A stretch of 64,000 nt of DNA from Prasinococcaceae sp. CCMP 1430 (Eukaryota > Plantae > Prasinodermophyta). Each line of letters opens with the position of its first letter. Position 1 is the stretch's first letter. Shown here one piece after another: positions 11,284 through 20,279 of the stretch. Both the position numbers and the translations under genes were made by a program. The stretch is taken from positions 70,356 to 134,355 of the forward strand of contig RQSC01000019.1 of the NCBI GenBank assembly GCA_013416795.1. Direction: 5' to 3'. Under the pieces are notes generated by a model. That model saw nothing but the letters and a program-made list of their open reading frames with translations, was not told the DNA's origin and did no database searches.

Positions 11284-11381
11284 GCCGGGGTAGCTGTCGC
11301 AACTCTCTTTGCATCTACATCAGTCGGTAGAGCGCAAGGCTCTTAACCTTGTGGTCGTGGGTTCGAGCCCCACCTTCGGTG
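11284..11381 (+). tRNA. trnK-CUU: tRNA-Lys(CUU) with a 25-nt non-canonical intron in the D-stem (11296-11320)
   Basis: Removing 11296-11320 gives a 73-nt cloverleaf: GCCGGGG TA GCTC AGTCGGTA GAGC G CAAGG CTCTTAA CCTTG TGGTC GTGGG TTCGAGC CCCAC CTTCGGT G. The anticodon CTT is at 11342-11344, and a T-run follows near 11447-11455. Confidence 0.88.
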
Positions 11382-12110
11382 GAATTTCCTAGATTCCAAA
11401 CGTCACGAAGTATTACGCACAAGTTCCGAAACAACGGAAATGCCCATTTTTTTTTCCGGCCGCGCACACACCTCCCATCCGCGCCCGCCCACACCCTCCA
11501 ACCAGCCACCCAACCCCCCCAGCCCGCCAGCGAGCGCCCCTCTCTCCCGCCTCCCTTCACGCCCCCCCCGGAGGACTGGGCGCTCGCCACCTACAAGGAG
11601 CTGCTCTTCCTCGACACCACCGCGGCGGTGCCCAAGCGAGCGAGCGAGCGAGCCGCGCTGGACGAGCGCGCGCTGACTGAGGCCGCGCTCGCACATCTAT
11701 GACTCTCCGCGGCCCTCGCCACATCCACGATCGGCACCCTCCCCCTCACCTCCGCGCTCACTCCCCTATCCCCCGCGCTCTCTCTCACACACACCACACC
11801 TACTCGGATCGCCGCGTCGTACATGATGGGTGGGTGTGTCACATGTGAGTGCTGTGCGGAGGGGGCCGCGCCGCGTTCCGCGTTCGGGACGCGGCTCCCC
11901 CCCCCCCCCCCAGCACCCAAGCTCGCGCGCGCGGCGTCGGCCGGGCGCCCGCCCGCGGGGAGGGGCTGAGGGCTCCGGCGTCATGTGCCCGCCAGGTCGC
12001 AGGAGCAGGCGGAGGGGCGTGCTCCCGTGACCGGCGAGCGCGCGGCGTCTTGGCGCTCGTTCGTTTTTCTTCGGAGCGTCTGCAGGCATCGCGCTGCAGG
12101 CCTAGCCGCC

Positions 12111-12353
12111 TCAGCCGACCTTCTTGAAGTCCTTCATGTTGGTGGTCTCCACCGTCATGCCGGCCAGGTCGATGCGCGACACGCAGGTGACGTCGTCGGT
12201 GCCGCCCTGATTGTCCGCGAAGAACACGCTCACCTGCGACACGCGCTGGAACTTCACGAAGTGCAGCGGGATGAGCTTCTCGCCCGCCAGCGCCGCCGCG
12301 TCGAGGGTGAGCGTCTGCGCCGGCGTGTGGCTCTCCGCGTCCTCGAAGCCCAT
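12111..12353 (-). CDS. PITH-domain protein, last exon (5' end in gap)
   Basis: MGFEDAES..LIPLHFVKFQRVSQVSVFFADNQGG..SRIDLAG..TTNMKDFKKVG is a typical PITH C-terminus, preceded by a GCTGAC branch site. Confidence 0.88.
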   Translation of the reverse strand: MGFEDAESHTPAQTLTLDAAALAGEKLIPLHFVKFQRVSQVSVFFADNQGGTDDVTCVSRIDLAGMTVETTNMKDFKKVG

Positions 12354-13200
12354 CTTCGCGCGCCGGGCATCGCGGGCCGCGGCGGGGGCGGCGGCGGGCG
12401 CGGGCGCGCGTCAGCTCGAGCTTTCGGCGCGCGCCGNNNNNNNNNNNNNNNNNNNNNNNNNNNNNNNNNNNNNNNNNNNNNNNNNNNNNNNNNNNNNNNN
12501 NNNNNNNNNNNNNNNNNNNNNNNNNNNNNNNNNNNNNNNNNNNNNNNNNNNNNNNNNNNNNNNNNNNNNNNNNNNNNNNNNNNNNNNNNNNNNNNNNNNN
12601 NNNNNNNNNNNNNNNNNNNNNNNNNNNNNNNNNNNNNNNNNNNNNNNNNNNNNNNNNNNNNNNNNNNNNNNNNNNNNNNNNNNNNNNNNNNNNNNNNNNN
12701 NNNNNNNNNNNNNNNNNNNNNNNNNNNNNNNNNNNNNNNNNNNNNNNNNNNNNNNNNNNNNNNNNNNNNNNNNNNNNNNNNNNNNNNNNNNNNNNNNNNN
12801 NNNNNNNNNNNNNNNNNNNNNNNNNNNNNNNNNNNNNNNNNNNNNNNNNNNNNNNNNNNNNNNNNNNNNNNNNNNNNNNNNNNNNNNNNNNNNNNNNNNN
12901 NNNNNNNNNNNNNNNNNNNNNNNNNNNNNNNNNNNNNNNNNNNNNNNNNNNNNNNNNNNNNNNNNNNNNNNNNNNNNNNNNNNNNNNNNNNNNNNNNNNN
13001 NNNNNNNNNNNNNNNNNNNNNNNNNNNNNNNNNNNNNNNNNNNNNNNNNNNNNNNNNNNNNNNNNNNNNNNNNNNNNNNNNNNNNNNNNNNNNNNNNNNN
13101 NNNNNNNNNNNNNNNNNNNNNNNNNNNNNNNNNNNNNNNNNNNCGCCGCCCCCCGCCCCCCGCCCCCCGGCGCACCCCCCCAGCCTGCGCGGCGGCAAAC

Positions 13201-13773
13201 ATGTCGGAGGGCCCCAACGACCCGCTCGGGCCGCGCCGGCCGCTCGTGCGGCGGAGGGACTGGGGGGAGATACCCAACACGCGCGCGCCGAGGGGCGGCG
13301 CGGCGGACTCGGGCAAGGAGACGGCGTTCCTCATCGGGGTCGAGGTGCGCTCCGGAGGCCGGCAAGGCAAGACGCCCTTCTCCATCCACGACTCGCTCGG
13401 CGAGCTCGAGCAGCTCGCGGAGACCGCCGGCCTCGCGGTGGTGGGCTCGACGTACCAGCGCGTCGCCGAGCCCAACCCGAAGAGCTACATCGGCCAGGGC
13501 AAGGTCGACGAGGTGGTCGCCGCGGCCAACGCGCTGGGCGTCGACACGGTGATCTTCGACGACGAGCTGAGCGGCACGCAGCTGCGCAACCTGGAGAAGG
13601 CGCTCGAGGAGTCGGGCGCCGACGTGCGCGTGTGCGACCGCACGGCGCTCATCCTCGACATCTTCTCGCAGCGCGCGGCCACGCGCGAGGGCATGCTCCA
13701 GGTGGAGGCCGCGCAGCTCGAGTACCAAATACCGCGGCTGACGCGCATGTGGACGCACCTGGAGAGGCAGGCG

Positions 13774-13805
<32 letters not shown>

Positions 13806-14772
13806 GCTCAAGGGGATGGGCGAGAAGCAGATCGAGATCGACAAGCGCCTGCTGCGCGACAAGCTCGCGACCATCCGCCGCAGCATCGAGGACGTGCGCG
13901 GCCACCGCCAGCGCTACCGCGACCGGCGGCGCACCGCGCCCATCCCGACGCTCTGCCTCGTGGGCTACACCAACGCGGGCAAGAGCACGCTGCTCAACGC
14001 GCTGGCCGACGCCGGCGTCATCGCGGAGGACAAGCTCTTCGCCACGCTGGACCCCACCACGCGCCGCATCACGCTGCCGAGCGGCAAGGAGGTGCTGGTG
14101 ACCGACACGGTGGGCTTCATCCAGAAGCTGCCCACGCAGCTCGTGGCGGCGTTCCGCGCGACGCTCGAGGAGATCCAGGAGGCGTCGGTCATCGTGCACG
14201 TGTCCGACGTGTCCAACCCGATGGCGGCCGCGCAGTCGGAGGCCGTGCTCGACGTGCTCGACGACCTGGGCGTCGAGGACATCCCGCTCATGCGCGTGTG
14301 GAACAAGATCGACAACGTGGCGGCGCCCGAGGCGCTGCACGCCGTGGCGAGCGCGCGCGGCGACACCGTGTGCGTGAGCGCGCGGACCGGGGAGGGGCTG
14401 GAGCAGTTCGCGCGGCTGCTGGAGGACGCCGTGTCGGAGCTGCTGATACCCATAGACATCCTCGTGCCGTACGACCAGGGCAAGGTCGTGGACACGGTGC
14501 ACCGCGCGGGCGTGGTGGAGCTCGAGGAGTACGGCGAGCAGGGCACGCACATCCGCGGGCGCGCGCCCGCGCAGCTGGCGCAGCAGCTGCAGGACCTCTG
14601 GCTGCAGGCGCCCGAGGACCTCCAGGGCCCGGAGGAGCCGGTCCTGGAGTTCGAGGGCGACGCCGCCGCCGCGGACGGCGGCGGCGCTCCCGACCTCGGC
14701 TTCACCGACGAGGACGCGCAGAGCGACGACTGGCCGGACGCCAGCGCCGACGAGCTGGTGCGCCTGAACTAG
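13201..14772 (+). CDS. hflX: HflX ribosome-associated GTPase (organellar type; may extend into the upstream gap)
   Basis: GELEQLAETAG, YIGQGK, VCDRTALILDIFSQRAATREG.LQVE.AQLEY..PRL, G1 GYTNAGKS, LFATLDPTTR, DTVGFI and NKID. Confidence 0.95.
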
Positions 14773-14900
14773 CCCGGGCCGAGGACGGCAGGCGCGGCGA
14801 CGCCGCGCGGCGAGGCGCGCCGGAAGTCGCGTGTGCACGAAGCCGCTACACTACTCTGCGATGCCAAAACGCGCGCTCGCGCGCGACAAGCTCGAGCGCG

Positions 14901-15610
14901 TCAAATAAGCTCTCGCATGGGCGCGTCCATGTGCACGACGAAGCCCGGCTCGTAGGCGCCGTCCAGCACCAGCTTGCCGATGGCGGTGATCGAGCGGCTC
15001 GGCGCGGTCGCCGCAAAGGTCGCGTTTCCGTACAGCGAGCCGCCGAAGCCGCAGCCGACGAGCAGAGTTTTGGTGCCTGCGAGCGCGGCGCGACGCGCGC
15101 GTCAGCACGCGATGCGAGCGACGCGGGAGGACGGAGGGATGGGAGGTCCGGGACCGGGGATGGGGCGCGAGTTCGCGCGGCGGCGACGGCCGCGGGCTTC
15201 AGGCGCTCAATCTCTTCGAGCTCTAAGCGCTCTTCCTCTTCGCGCAGAAAGGCGAGGAAGTTGAACAATCCCTCGTCGAGACGCGACTTCAAAGGCTCCT
15301 TCAGGTCGTTGTAGCGCAAATCCATCTCGCGCAGGGTCTTGACGTGGCCCAACGAAGCGGGCACCTCCTGGAGCTGATTGCTCGCGGCGTCCAGCGTCAG
15401 CAACGAGCGCAGTTTGCCCACGGACGCCGGCAACGCCGTGAGGCGGTTCGTGCTCAGGTCTAGCTTCTGCAGGCGCGACAGATTGCCGATGTCTGCGGGT
15501 AGCTCCTCGAGCAGGTTGTTCTCCAGGTTGACGTTGACCAGCGTGGAAACATCGCACAGCCCATCCGGCAGAGAATCGAGCTGGTTGCCGCTCAAGTCGA
15601 GGTACTCCAG
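14901..15610 (-). CDS. Leucine-rich-repeat protein fragment (5' end lost at the n join at 15611; last exon uncertain)
   Basis: Five LxxLxLxxNxLxxLP repeats (LEYLDLSGNQLDSLP, LQKLDLSTNRLTALP and others) followed by a charged helix. A GCTGAC branch and CAG acceptor near 15078-15105 suggest a terminal exon, but no clear GT donor was found. Confidence 0.75.
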
Positions 15611-16469
15611 NCCCCACCCGCACCCCACGCCCGCGCGGATCGCACGGCCGCGCTCCCCCAGCGCGCAGAACGACCCATTCCTTCGTTCGGGTCACGGCCG
15701 AATTTCGGATTCATTTTCAAAGTGTGCAATACACATCGTCTTCTATTTCAATCACTTCATTCTACGTTATTTATGAATTTCATTTCTGTGACTTTGACAG
15801 GGGCAACCAGGGTCTGCCTGCGCGCGACGGATTGATTGCGCCCCGAAACGAGATCTCGCATCGTCGAAGAGACTGCGGCCCAGCTGCGCTCGGAGGTCGC
15901 GGCCGCAGTCCGTGATCGTGCACGGGGGTAAATGTACCCACGGGAGAGCTCTTTCTGCGCTGTGCGTATCTGAGCGCGTGCGCGCGGATTTGGATCTTTT
16001 CCGGGTCGTCGGATCGCGCGCGCGCGGCACCGGGCCCCGAACCCTCCCACGGGGAGTAGCGCCGCCCCGTTTCCTTGGTCGAAATGGAAGTGCAATGATG
16101 CGATGATAGACCCTGAAAGCAATGACCGAAAAGGGGTGGGCGGGGGCGCGTGCTGGGCGCGCGCGCGCGCGCGGCGGCGCCGCCAGACNAGTGAACCGGA
16201 GCTGGGGCGACATATTCACGCCTGTCTGCAGGGATGCAGGCAGGACGCCCCGGACACAGCACGGAGAGGGAGCGAGCAGACGCGGTCTTTGTCCGAAGTA
16301 AAGGTTGTCGGTTTAATGTTTCATGGGGGGGTGGGCACGCGCATGGCGCACGGGTGTGCGCATGGAGGCAAGCGCGAGGTACCCACGGGAGGTTCATATA
16401 TATCACAATGCTGTGCGTGGACAATGTTGTGCAGGTGTCGAAGGTTGCGTACGGAAGTCTCAGCGGCTC

Positions 16470-17339
16470 TCAGACGCTCTCATCTCGGCCCATCGAGTGG
16501 CACTCGACCTTGTTCCGCTCGCAGGCGCCGCCGTTGGCCTCGCAGTCGCGCATCGAGGGCCCGCCTAGCAGGCGGTCCGTGCCGCTGGCGTTCAGCCGGA
16601 GCGACTCGTCCTCAGCGCGCTCCGGCGCGCACATCCGCGGCAGCTCCTGCCCGCGGCAGCACGCCTCGGCGGAGTGTGCCACGGGCACACCGAGCGCCGG
16701 GCGGTTGAAGACGAGGTATCCCGCCATGATTCCGAGCACCACGGCGACAAAGAGCTCCACCTGGTACGTCATGGCCACGAGCATGAGCCAGTAGCCCAGC
16801 AGCAGCTGCATGCCGTACGAGGCTGTGTCGGCGGCCTGGTGAGCAAGAGACTTCTTGGCCGCGGCGGGGCGTTTGGACAGCGTGCGGCGCCCCGCGACGA
16901 TGACCTCAACGAGGACGCCCATCGCAAGGGTGAGCACCGCGTATCCGGCCATCTCAGCCTCGCTGGTGACTACCCACCCCTGAAAGAGGAACAGGAGGCA
17001 CGGCTGCATGGGGTCACCGCCTCCCCTGAAGCCGTCCATCCACATCGACACCGCGGGCAGCGCGCTGTTGCAGAACGCGTCGCTGCTCCCGGCGTCGACC
17101 GGACCGAGCGCACCGCCCTGCGGGGGAGGAGGCGGCTCGGACTCGGTTGGGCACGTGAGCTGGCAGCTGTGGCACACCTGTCCCTGCAGCCACGCCGTCC
17201 CATCGGGATACACGCACACCGCGTCTGTGCCGCAGGGGAGGTGCGATGTGTCCTGGCAGGACATCCAGCAGTACTTGAACGGCGCGTCGCACGAACCCTC
17301 GTCCGCGAGCGCGCGACGCGCGACGCCGGCGCCGGCGCC
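16470..17339 (-). CDS. Mirror copy of the Ctr copper transporter fragment (possibly artefactual)
   Basis: Exact reverse complement of 17340-18209. Confidence 0.4.
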   Translation of the reverse strand, partial: GAGAGVARRALADEGSCDAPFKYCWMSCQDTSHLPCGTDAVCVYPDGTAWLQGQVCHSCQLTCPTESEPPPPPQGGALGPVDAGSSDAFCNSALPAVSMWMDGFRGGGDPMQPCLLFLFQGWVVTSEAEMAGYAVLTLAMGVLVEVIVAGRRTLSKRPAAAKKSLAHQAADTASYGMQLLLGYWLMLVAMTYQVELFVAVVLGIMAGYLVFNRPALGVPVAHSAEACCRGQELPRMCAPERAEDESLRLNASGTDRLLGGPSMRDCEANGGACERNKVECHSMGRDESV

Positions 17340-18209
17340 GGCGCCGGCGCCGGCGTCGCGCGTCGCGCGCTCGCGGACGAGGGTTCGTGCGACGCGCCGT
17401 TCAAGTACTGCTGGATGTCCTGCCAGGACACATCGCACCTCCCCTGCGGCACAGACGCGGTGTGCGTGTATCCCGATGGGACGGCGTGGCTGCAGGGACA
17501 GGTGTGCCACAGCTGCCAGCTCACGTGCCCAACCGAGTCCGAGCCGCCTCCTCCCCCGCAGGGCGGTGCGCTCGGTCCGGTCGACGCCGGGAGCAGCGAC
17601 GCGTTCTGCAACAGCGCGCTGCCCGCGGTGTCGATGTGGATGGACGGCTTCAGGGGAGGCGGTGACCCCATGCAGCCGTGCCTCCTGTTCCTCTTTCAGG
17701 GGTGGGTAGTCACCAGCGAGGCTGAGATGGCCGGATACGCGGTGCTCACCCTTGCGATGGGCGTCCTCGTTGAGGTCATCGTCGCGGGGCGCCGCACGCT
17801 GTCCAAACGCCCCGCCGCGGCCAAGAAGTCTCTTGCTCACCAGGCCGCCGACACAGCCTCGTACGGCATGCAGCTGCTGCTGGGCTACTGGCTCATGCTC
17901 GTGGCCATGACGTACCAGGTGGAGCTCTTTGTCGCCGTGGTGCTCGGAATCATGGCGGGATACCTCGTCTTCAACCGCCCGGCGCTCGGTGTGCCCGTGG
18001 CACACTCCGCCGAGGCGTGCTGCCGCGGGCAGGAGCTGCCGCGGATGTGCGCGCCGGAGCGCGCTGAGGACGAGTCGCTCCGGCTGAACGCCAGCGGCAC
18101 GGACCGCCTGCTAGGCGGGCCCTCGATGCGCGACTGCGAGGCCAACGGCGGCGCCTGCGAGCGGAACAAGGTCGAGTGCCACTCGATGGGCCGAGATGAG
18201 AGCGTCTGA
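17340..18209 (+). CDS. Ctr-family copper transporter, 5'-truncated at the palindrome centre
   Basis: FCN..SMWMDGF, CLLFLFQGWVV and three hydrophobic segments, with the MxxxM motif (WLMLVAMTY) and a GxxxG (GIMAG). The Cys-rich segment precedes the first TM. Confidence 0.88.
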   Translation, partial: GAGAGVARRALADEGSCDAPFKYCWMSCQDTSHLPCGTDAVCVYPDGTAWLQGQVCHSCQLTCPTESEPPPPPQGGALGPVDAGSSDAFCNSALPAVSMWMDGFRGGGDPMQPCLLFLFQGWVVTSEAEMAGYAVLTLAMGVLVEVIVAGRRTLSKRPAAAKKSLAHQAADTASYGMQLLLGYWLMLVAMTYQVELFVAVVLGIMAGYLVFNRPALGVPVAHSAEACCRGQELPRMCAPERAEDESLRLNASGTDRLLGGPSMRDCEANGGACERNKVECHSMGRDESV

Positions 18210-18484
18210 GAGCCGCTGAGACTTCCGTACGCAACCTTCGACACCTGCACAACATTGTCCACGCACAGCATTGTGATATATATGAACCTCCCGTGGGTAC
18301 CTCGCGCTTGCCTCCATGCGCACACCCGTGCGCCATGCGCGTGCCCACCCCCCCATGAAACATTAAACCGACAACCTTTACTTCGGACAAAGACCGCGTC
18401 TGCTCGCTCCCTCTCCGTGCTGTGTCCGGGGCGTCCTGCCTGCATCCCTGCAGACAGGCGTGAATATGTCGCCCCAGCTCCGGT

Positions 18485-19679
18485 TCACTGCAGGCACTCG
18501 AGCGCCATGGCCTTCTCCTCCACGAGCTCCTTGGCGGTGGTGTCCATCTTGGCGCGGCTGGCATCGTCTATCTCGAGCCCGTTTACGATGGTCCACGCGC
18601 CGTCCTTGCACGTCACCGGGAAAGAGTACACCAGGTCCGCGGGCACACCGTAGGAGTTGCCGTCTGAGATCACCCCCATGGACACCCAGGTGCCCTCCGG
18701 TGTGCCCAGCACCCAGTTGCGCACGTGATCGCACACCGAGCTGGCGGCGGAGAGCGCGCTGCTCAGCTTGCGCGCCTTGATGATGGCCGCGCCGCGCTGC
18801 TGGACGGTGGTGACGAAGTCGCCGTCGAGGTACGCGTCATCTCCCACCGCCTCGCGAATCGGCGTGCCATCGACCGTGCCGTGGTTCACATCGGGGTACT
18901 GCGTGGACGAGTGGTTGCCCCAGATGATGACATTCTTGACGGTGCTGACGGCCTTGCCCGTGCGCTCCGCGACCTGCCCGAGCGCGCGGTTGTGGTCGAG
19001 GCGCGTGAGGCACGTGATGTTCTCGCGGGGGATCGACGGCGCGTACTTCGACAGCACCCACGCGTTGGTGTTCGCCGGATTGGCCACGACAACTACCTTG
19101 CAGTCCTTCGCCGCGTGTGCCTCAAGCGCGCTCGCCGTAGCCTTGTAGATGCTCACGTTCTTGCCCATGACCTCCTTGCGCTCCATGCCCGCCTTGCGCG
19201 GGAAGCCACCGACCAAAATGGCCACGTCGACGCCGGCACAAGCCGCTGCCGCATCGGTCGTCGCGAGCGTGCCCTGCAGCAGCGGGAAGGCGCTGTCGAC
19301 GAGCTCCATCTCGACGCCCTTCAGCGCCTCCTCGGCAGGCGGTATGTCCAGCATGTGAATGATCACCGGGGTGTCTGCATGGGGCGGGTGGACGAGGCGC
19401 GGCGTGCAGCGCGCGAGCGCAACCGCCACCCGCGCGCGTCAGCAATCGTGCGCGCGCTGGCCAGCGCCATCGCCTGACCAACCTTCCGGCGGAGATTCAC
19501 GCGCACACGCAGCGCTGCGCCGCGTGCCCACTGCGCGTCCGCGCGCTCGCTGCGCATCCGCGCCCCCGCTGCGCGCCCGCACCTGCTCCGAGCAGCGCGC
19601 CGCGGCATATCTGCGGCAGCAGCGCGTAGCCGATCTGGCCGGCCGCGCCCGTGACGAGCACGCGCTTCGCGGCGGCCAT
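18485..19679 (-). CDS. MDH: Cytosolic NAD-dependent malate dehydrogenase (exons 19583-19679 and 18485-19374)
   Basis: [62 protein letters not shown] and [11 protein letters not shown]. The GT..CAG intron restores the frame (G+AC = D). Confidence 0.97.
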
Positions 19680-20279
19680 CCTTGCGCGAGGCCTGAGGTC
19701 GAGGGCGACCTTCGACGCGTGGCCGGGGGCGGAGGGGGGCGGGGCGGCGCGGACGGCCTCCGCCACGCACAGGTGCGCGCCCCGTGCCGCGGGCAGAGTG
19801 TGGCGCGGCCTCGTTCGATGCGGCGGCGTTGAGATTTGACAGACGCCCAAATCCGAATATGTGTTTTACCGTGGAATTCCTTCACAAGCACATGAATGGT
19901 CAACGCTCAACGGAGAGCCAAATACAGATGCGGTTCTGTCGACAATCCGCGACCCCCGGCGGCGCCGCCGCCGGCTCCTCCAGCTCCAGGCGAGCGCGGA
20001 GCGGGCAGGAGAGGACGGGTCGCCAAAGTCGTCGTCGGCGGTCCCGAGGCGCTCGCCAGCGGGCTGCGCTCGCCGTGGCGGCGGGCCTGGTTCCGTGCGC
20101 TCCGCCGTGGGCCGGCGAGGCGGGGGGGGCGCGCGTGGGCTACTAAACAACATGCTCTTACGTCGTCGTTGAGCGCACCATTCTGTCGAGATTAGGCATG
20201 CGGTAAATGGATCGGCGGGCGCTGCCGGCACACCTCTTGCGGCGACACGTACGCGGCGCGCGCGCAGCGCGCAGGGGCC

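Larger units (their letters stand above)
16190..18489. repeat. 2300-bp spacerless inverted duplication (palindrome) centred on (GCCGGC)5 at 17325-17354
   Basis: Mirror ORFs 16470-18005(-) and 16674-18209(+) are identical and their coordinates sum to 34679. The left arm starts right after the single n at 16189. Confidence 0.95.

Noticed and set aside
11321-11381. tRNA-Lys as a 5'-truncated pseudogene or a permuted tRNA
   Set aside because: The missing 12 nt (GCCGGGGTAGCT) lie 25 nt upstream in the correct order, with a BHB junction. No 5' half was found downstream.
11839-14838. Long antisense and alternate-frame ORFs (for example 11839-14838, 39228-40766, 58327-60408, 62411-63952)
   Set aside because: These are shadows of real high-GC3 genes on the opposite strand, where stop codons are rare. 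They show no independent motifs.
16674-17339. N-terminal half of the 511-aa Ctr ORF as a new domain
   Set aside because: It is the antisense reading of the mirrored Ctr copy, created by the palindrome.
19890-20200. Short shared strings (GAATGGT..GCTCAACG inverted; TTCTGTCGA direct) as MITE ends or an RNase P/MRP gene
   Set aside because: The matches are short and interrupted, there is no target-site duplication, and no CR-I (GAAAGTC-type) motif was found. The region may be a 3' exon or UTR of the SAM gene.
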